A stretch of 64,000 nt of DNA. Source: Candidatus Bathyarchaeota archaeon. Lineage in GTDB: Archaea; Thermoproteota; Bathyarchaeia; Bathyarchaeales; Bathycorpusculaceae. Of the stretch, positions 59,706 to 64,000 are shown one piece after another (positions within the stretch are counted from its first letter, which is position 1; each line of letters begins with the position of its first letter). The notes beneath the pieces are model-generated. The model was not told the origin of the DNA. It saw nothing but the letters and a program-made list of their open reading frames with translations, and ran no database searches. Both the position numbers and the translations under genes were made by a program. The stretch lies in assembly GCA_963701045.1 (NCBI GenBank), contig OY969560.1, positions 871,144-935,143 on the forward strand, written 5' to 3'.

Positions 59706-59885
59706 GCGAGTTTCCACAAGTCATAGACCTTTTAGTGTAAAAGTCTTCGTTACTTTCCCCGCGTGATAGGTAGAAGATACGATTCATGTAGAATCCTGTA
59801 AATCTGTTTATTATTAGAAAAACAAGACGGATGATTGCATTGGCATCCCATTTTCCTTCTCTTATCAATGCTCCTGTAGCTTTTT

Positions 59886-60812
59886 CTAAAGTCTCTGGCG
59901 TGTAGGCTTTTTATGTGCTTCGTCGGATTGATTTTTTGGTTGGGCAGTTTTTGCTTCAGCGTTTAGGAGTTGTTTTAATTGCCAAACGGTTACGTCTCGG
60001 TCATTTGGTTGTTGATGTATCCATAGTTCTCGGTATTCTCTGAATTGTTGTCCTGTAATTTTTCCTTTTGATTGAAGTTCTGCAAGCAATTTTACGAGGC
60101 TTTGTAGGTTTATTTGTTCGTCTGTTACCGTTGTGGTTTTTTTGTCTTCTGCAGCGTTTTCTGTGTCTGGCGGTGGATAAGTTTGGTATAGGAAACTGCT
60201 AAAGTATAATGTGTCCCAGTTTTGGGTTAGAGATAAACTGTTTTTGGCTTTCAGCAATTCTTCAGTGTAGTGTTGATATTCTTGTCCAAGCGACAAATAC
60301 TTCGTTTGCACACTGCCTGCAGCGGTCCGGTTAACGAAAAACCGCAGATGCTGAGTACTGAAAATAGGCAGGACTTTTCCGTTTTCGAAACTAAAGCAAT
60401 AAATGATTTTTTTGGCAAGTTGCTTGTCTTGCCCTAAACCGCCTATTTTCTCCCATGGCGCATCCACTTTTTCCGCCAAAGCCTTTCTACTATCAACTGC
60501 AATGCGGAGCAAGTTTTTGAGGTCTTGGATTTGGAGACGCGCATTCCGATATACGTTGCTGTTGTTAAGAGATGGATTGCCGAGTGGTTTTAGGGTGGCT
60601 TCTAGTAAACGGAAGAACTCTCCAACCTCGTCAGGGTTTACTTTGAAAAGTTTGTCGGGATCAAGCCACTCTATTGAACGGAGGTTTTCTGCAAATGGAA
60701 ATTTCTGCCTTAATTCTTTTAGGCGACCAAACTCAATTTCAACTTCATGTTTAATTGAGCCATTTTTATCGAATGCATTTGCTTTCTCCAATAGTGAATT
60801 ATTTTTCGACAT
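59886..60812 (-). CDS. Hypothetical protein
   Basis: Long ORF with normal composition; LPIFSTQHL..F and W...F..FLY motifs. Confidence 0.75.
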   Translation of the reverse strand: MSKNNSLLEKANAFDKNGSIKHEVEIEFGRLKELRQKFPFAENLRSIEWLDPDKLFKVNPDEVGEFFRLLEATLKPLGNPSLNNSNVYRNARLQIQDLKNLLRIAVDSRKALAEKVDAPWEKIGGLGQDKQLAKKIIYCFSFENGKVLPIFSTQHLRFFVNRTAAGSVQTKYLSLGQEYQHYTEELLKAKNSLSLTQNWDTLYFSSFLYQTYPPPDTENAAEDKKTTTVTDEQINLQSLVKLLAELQSKGKITGQQFREYRELWIHQQPNDRDVTVWQLKQLLNAEAKTAQPKNQSDEAHKKPTRQRL

Positions 60813-60970
60813 ACGCTTCCGCACCAGATATTTATTTTGAGGGTAATAGACAAAATCCTATCATTACGGTTAAACCTTACCGAACGACTGGACGGCACAA
60901 TTTTTTTGGTGCTTCAAACTGCCAATCTAAGCAATGAAATTAGTTTATTTTTGAACGTTAGCCTAAATTT

Positions 60971-61588
60971 TTATTGCTTGCTTTTTCGTTCCAATAGGCG
61001 TCTGACGCTGGGCAATGTCAATGTAATCAGCCACAGCAAAATCCTCACTGGAATGACAGCGCCGCCCACTTCGATTCGCCAAGACCAAAAGAAAGGCAAC
61101 GCTGAAATAAAAAATAATGACGCACTTATGGATAATGTGATTCTTTGGAATCTAAAACTGCGAAGAATTGGTTCTGGCCTGTTTTTGTCTTTTAGAATAA
61201 TGCTAGATAGAACTGCTTGAATGACAAATAATCCTCCCAGGTCAAAGGCGTATAGTATCGAAACATTTTCTCCCAACGTAGAGCTTATCAATTGATTGAA
61301 TAAGAAAGGTTCAATGGAAACCAAGAAAAGCAACAAAATGTTGGTTTCAATCAAGGCAGTTGTCTCAATATGCAGTTGAGACATGATGCGTGTGTACCCA
61401 TACCAAACGCTAATTAAAATCAAAAAGCTAAACGCATAAAACAAAATGGATTGAATTAGTTGTCCAAAATTGCTTGGAGGTTGTCCAATCAAAGTCAATG
61501 CGCCAATTGAGAGGGCTAAACCAAAAATCAAATCGGAGAGTGATTCTATTCGCGCTTTTGGAGTCGAGCGTTCTTTTGTTTCAGCCAT
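60971..61588 (-). CDS. TMEM175-family (DUF1211) membrane protein / K+ channel-like
   Basis: RIESLSDLIFGLAL (RxxxFSD-like), YAFSF..I..W, N..LLF.VSI.PF. Confidence 0.8.
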   Translation of the reverse strand: MAETKERSTPKARIESLSDLIFGLALSIGALTLIGQPPSNFGQLIQSILFYAFSFLILISVWYGYTRIMSQLHIETTALIETNILLLFLVSIEPFLFNQLISSTLGENVSILYAFDLGGLFVIQAVLSSIILKDKNRPEPILRSFRFQRITLSISASLFFISALPFFWSWRIEVGGAVIPVRILLWLITLTLPSVRRLLERKSKQ

Positions 61589-61630
61589 GAGTAGCCCATT
61601 TGATATTATTGTTGCAGGAGCAATATAGCA

Positions 61631-62023
61631 TTAATGCAGCGCTAAACTTACGGTTAGAACCGTTAGTACAAACAGTGTTATGGCAACGAATTTTCGGTTT
61701 CTTTCCCAACCAAAATAAATCACCGAAGTTATGGCTCGAATGTAAGGGGTTAGTAGCAGAATAATTAGTCCAAGTGTCATGAACAATAATGCGTTTTGGC
61801 TGCCCAACAAATGTTGGGTTTGCTCTATCATGAATGCAAAAAAGTTTTCTCCGGTTATGAAGAAAGCTTGGTTTTGGGAAACTTGAGTGTTTCCGTAGGT
61901 TCCATAGAACAGTGCAATGCCTATCGCTTCGAGAACTACGCTTGAGACAACGCCTATTAAGAGTAAGTAACCGACGATTACTTCCAATTTTGTTTCTCCG
62001 CAGCCTAAATCGCCGTTAGTCAA
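61631..62023 (-). CDS. DUF1634 membrane protein
   Basis: LLIGV..S, LGLIILLLTP..R; usual partner of TSUP transporters. Confidence 0.85.
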   Translation of the reverse strand: MTNGDLGCGETKLEVIVGYLLLIGVVSSVVLEAIGIALFYGTYGNTQVSQNQAFFITGENFFAFMIEQTQHLLGSQNALLFMTLGLIILLLTPYIRAITSVIYFGWERNRKFVAITLFVLTVLTVSLALH

Positions 62024-62862
62024 ATAGATATCACTCCCTTGTAGAGCATCTGAACAATTAACACCGTTACAACCAACAAGAATAAGACTCTGAGATTTCG
62101 GTCTCGAATTCTATTGAGGTACCTGCCACCGACGAATGCTCCAATTGTTGTGCCAACAGCCATGGGTGCCATTAAAGTCAAATTCAAAAGACCGGAAAAT
62201 AGGTAAACGCTTGCACCTGCTAGGGCGGTCATGCCTATGATGAAGCTGCTTGTGGCTGTGGATACTTTGGCGGGTACTTTTAGGACTTTCTCGTGGACAA
62301 TGACTTTGAAGGCTCCTGCGCCGATTCCCAGCATGCCTGCGGCTATGCCAGCCACAAACATGCCTAATCCGCCCAGTAACGAGTTGGTAGCTTTGTATCT
62401 TATTACTTTATTTTTGGATTTATCAAAATAGCTTCCCTGTAAGCCAAGCCATTTGGAGAATCTATCTTGCTTTTCGGAAAGTTGGCAGGTTTCTCTTAGA
62501 CTAGACCGTATGCCGATAAATGATGTGAGCAGAAAAGCGGCGAAGAGAAAATAGAGGTACACTGGCGCGATGATGACGGTTATTGTTGCTCCTGCGATAG
62601 CGCCTATAATCGTGAACATTTCCAGGTACATGGCTAATTTGACATTGGCGATTTTTTCTTTTACAAACGAAGAGGCTGCGCCACTAGACGTAGCGATTAT
62701 TACTATCATGCCGCACGCTAAAGCTTCCTTAACTGGAAAACCCAGAAGGACTAGAATGGGGGTCAGGATGCTGGCGCCGCCTAAACCAGTCAGCGAACCC
62801 AATAAGCCAACTGCTATTGAAATCAACATAAGCGTAATCATATCAAGCAAAGTTGGGTTCAC
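62020..62862 (-). CDS. TSUP (TauE/SafE) family transporter
   Basis: GSLTGLGGA...P, IATSSGAA, GMLGIGAG, STATSSF. Confidence 0.92.
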   Translation of the reverse strand: MNPTLLDMITLMLISIAVGLLGSLTGLGGASILTPILVLLGFPVKEALACGMIVIIATSSGAASSFVKEKIANVKLAMYLEMFTIIGAIAGATITVIIAPVYLYFLFAAFLLTSFIGIRSSLRETCQLSEKQDRFSKWLGLQGSYFDKSKNKVIRYKATNSLLGGLGMFVAGIAAGMLGIGAGAFKVIVHEKVLKVPAKVSTATSSFIIGMTALAGASVYLFSGLLNLTLMAPMAVGTTIGAFVGGRYLNRIRDRNLRVLFLLVVTVLIVQMLYKGVISI

Positions 62863-63000
62863 TACGATAATTTGTCGAATCAGAAGTTATTAAGGCACTG
62901 GTTGCAGCTATTCTTTTCTTTCTTAGAGTTGATTTTGAACGCTTATTTGAAATTAATAAAGTAAAAATAGCAATTTAAACAGCCGATTATTGGCGAATCA

Positions 63001-63390
63001 TTGAAAGACAGAAATGAAAATATCACCTTTTGGATACTGGAAAGAAACCGCAAAGAAAACCGCTCTAAAATTGAAAAAGAGAGGGAGTTACAAAAAGACG
63101 TGGAAAGACACCGTTGCCCCAAATGTAAGAAAGGATTTAGTGAACCCAAATTAATTCAATATTATGTTTGCCCACATTGCGAAAACAAATTTGAACATGA
63201 ACATGAAAATGAAACAATAGCGAGTGACTGCCAACATTTTCTTGGATTTCTCGGAGCAAAAGATAAGAATCAATCAGTCCCTCAAGAATGCGTCGAATGC
63301 GAACGTGTTTTAGAATGTATGTTAAATACCCAAGCATCCCAAAAAAGCTGTCTCACAAATCAAAAAATGGTATTAACTATAGATATGTGA
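63001..63390 (+). CDS. Small Cys-rich (double zinc ribbon) protein; both ends uncertain
   Basis: CPKC, CPHC, CQHFLGFL, ECVEC...EC; a +1 shift in the A6 run at ~63341 would give the ending AVSQIKKWY*. Confidence 0.7.
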   Translation: MKDRNENITFWILERNRKENRSKIEKERELQKDVERHRCPKCKKGFSEPKLIQYYVCPHCENKFEHEHENETIASDCQHFLGFLGAKDKNQSVPQECVECERVLECMLNTQASQKSCLTNQKMVLTIDM

Positions 63391-63414
63391 AAAAGGAAAG
63401 TAAATCCTGATTTT

Positions 63415-64000
63415 TTAAGATTTTTTTTGTTTGAATTCTTCTCGAACTTGCATCTGGCGTCGTTTACGGTTGTAACTTAGTGAAAAGTCGTGTGTCGCAT
63501 CGCGGATTTTGCGGAGCAGAAGCATCATGCGGCTATTCTTTTCAAAGCTTTTGGGCGTGGAGTCGTATGGCAAATAGATTTCTTCGTGTTCTTTAGCTAA
63601 GCCGATTATCGGAATCTGCAAACTCAAAGCGTTTAAAGCGTCTTTTGCAGCGCTGACTTGTCCAGGTCCGCCATCAATCATTATTAGGTCTGGAAGTGGG
63701 CTCTTCTCTTCAACCAACCGTTTATAGCGCCTTGCCACAACCTCATTCATTGAAGCAAAGTCATCTTGTCCTACAACGGTTTTGATTTTGAATCGGCGAT
63801 AATTCTTTTTGTCAGGTTTCGCATCTTTGAAGCTAACCATGCCTGAAACAACATGTTCCTGTCCCAAATTAGAAATGTCAAAACTTTCAATGACGCGTGG
63901 CAACGTGTGCAAGTTGAGGGCAGCCTTCAAATCAAAAAGAGCGCTATTAACTTCCAAGGAAGCTTCAAGATTTTTCTCTGCCAATTGTATCAGCGCAAGT
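63415..64000 (-). CDS. uvrC: Excinuclease ABC subunit C, 3' part
   Basis: IESFDISN, K.NYRRF.IK, DDFASM.EV..RRY, PDLIMIDGG.GQ, GLAK..E, IRD..H.F. Confidence 0.93.
   Translation of the reverse strand, partial: LALIQLAEKNLEASLEVNSALFDLKAALNLHTLPRVIESFDISNLGQEHVVSGMVSFKDAKPDKKNYRRFKIKTVVGQDDFASMNEVVARRYKRLVEEKSPLPDLIMIDGGPGQVSAAKDALNALSLQIPIIGLAKEHEEIYLPYDSTPKSFEKNSRMMLLLRKIRDATHDFSLSYNRKRRQMQVREEFKQKKS

Noticed and set aside
161-63337. Numerous 60-170 aa ORFs antisense or out of frame to recognised genes
   Set aside because: Shadow ORFs with no motifs or independent expression signals.

Overview
This is a 64 kb archaeal chromosomal segment, most likely Bathyarchaeia (TACK). That call is inferred from the archaeal S13-S4-S11-RpoD-L18e-L13-S9-RpoN operon, frequent TTG/GTG starts, and two large PQQ-like beta-propeller surface proteins ending in a TM helix plus LRKR. 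No CRISPR array, rRNA, integrase or transposase was seen; there is one intronless tRNA-Lys(CTT). Housekeeping content includes the ribosomal/RNAP operon, MetRS, trpEGDCBA (no trpF), PncB, SSB, DinB, partial UvrC and ABC transporters. The most notable observations are: (1) a ~12 kb cluster at the left end combining a divergent tetraether-synthase (Tes/MJ0619)-like radical SAM enzyme, a DGGGP-synthase-like prenyltransferase, a Gms-like radical SAM/SPASM enzyme, an epimerase, three glycosyltransferases and CobS/CobY/CobD homologues, which could be a lipid tailoring system; (2) an unexplained family of ~150-250 bp A/C-rich dispersed repeats (4 clear copies and 1 degenerate), all co-oriented with the downstream gene and some abutting gene fragments; (3) a thiolase lacking its catalytic residues, paired with a DUF35-HMG-CoA synthase fusion; (4) an MshC-sized CysRS paralogue with an altered Zn/amino-acid site next to a peroxiredoxin; (5) a Tat-exported, membrane-anchored multicopper oxidase. 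Several genes carry single-base indels that may be assembly errors. All family assignments come from motif recognition by eye; no database searches were run.
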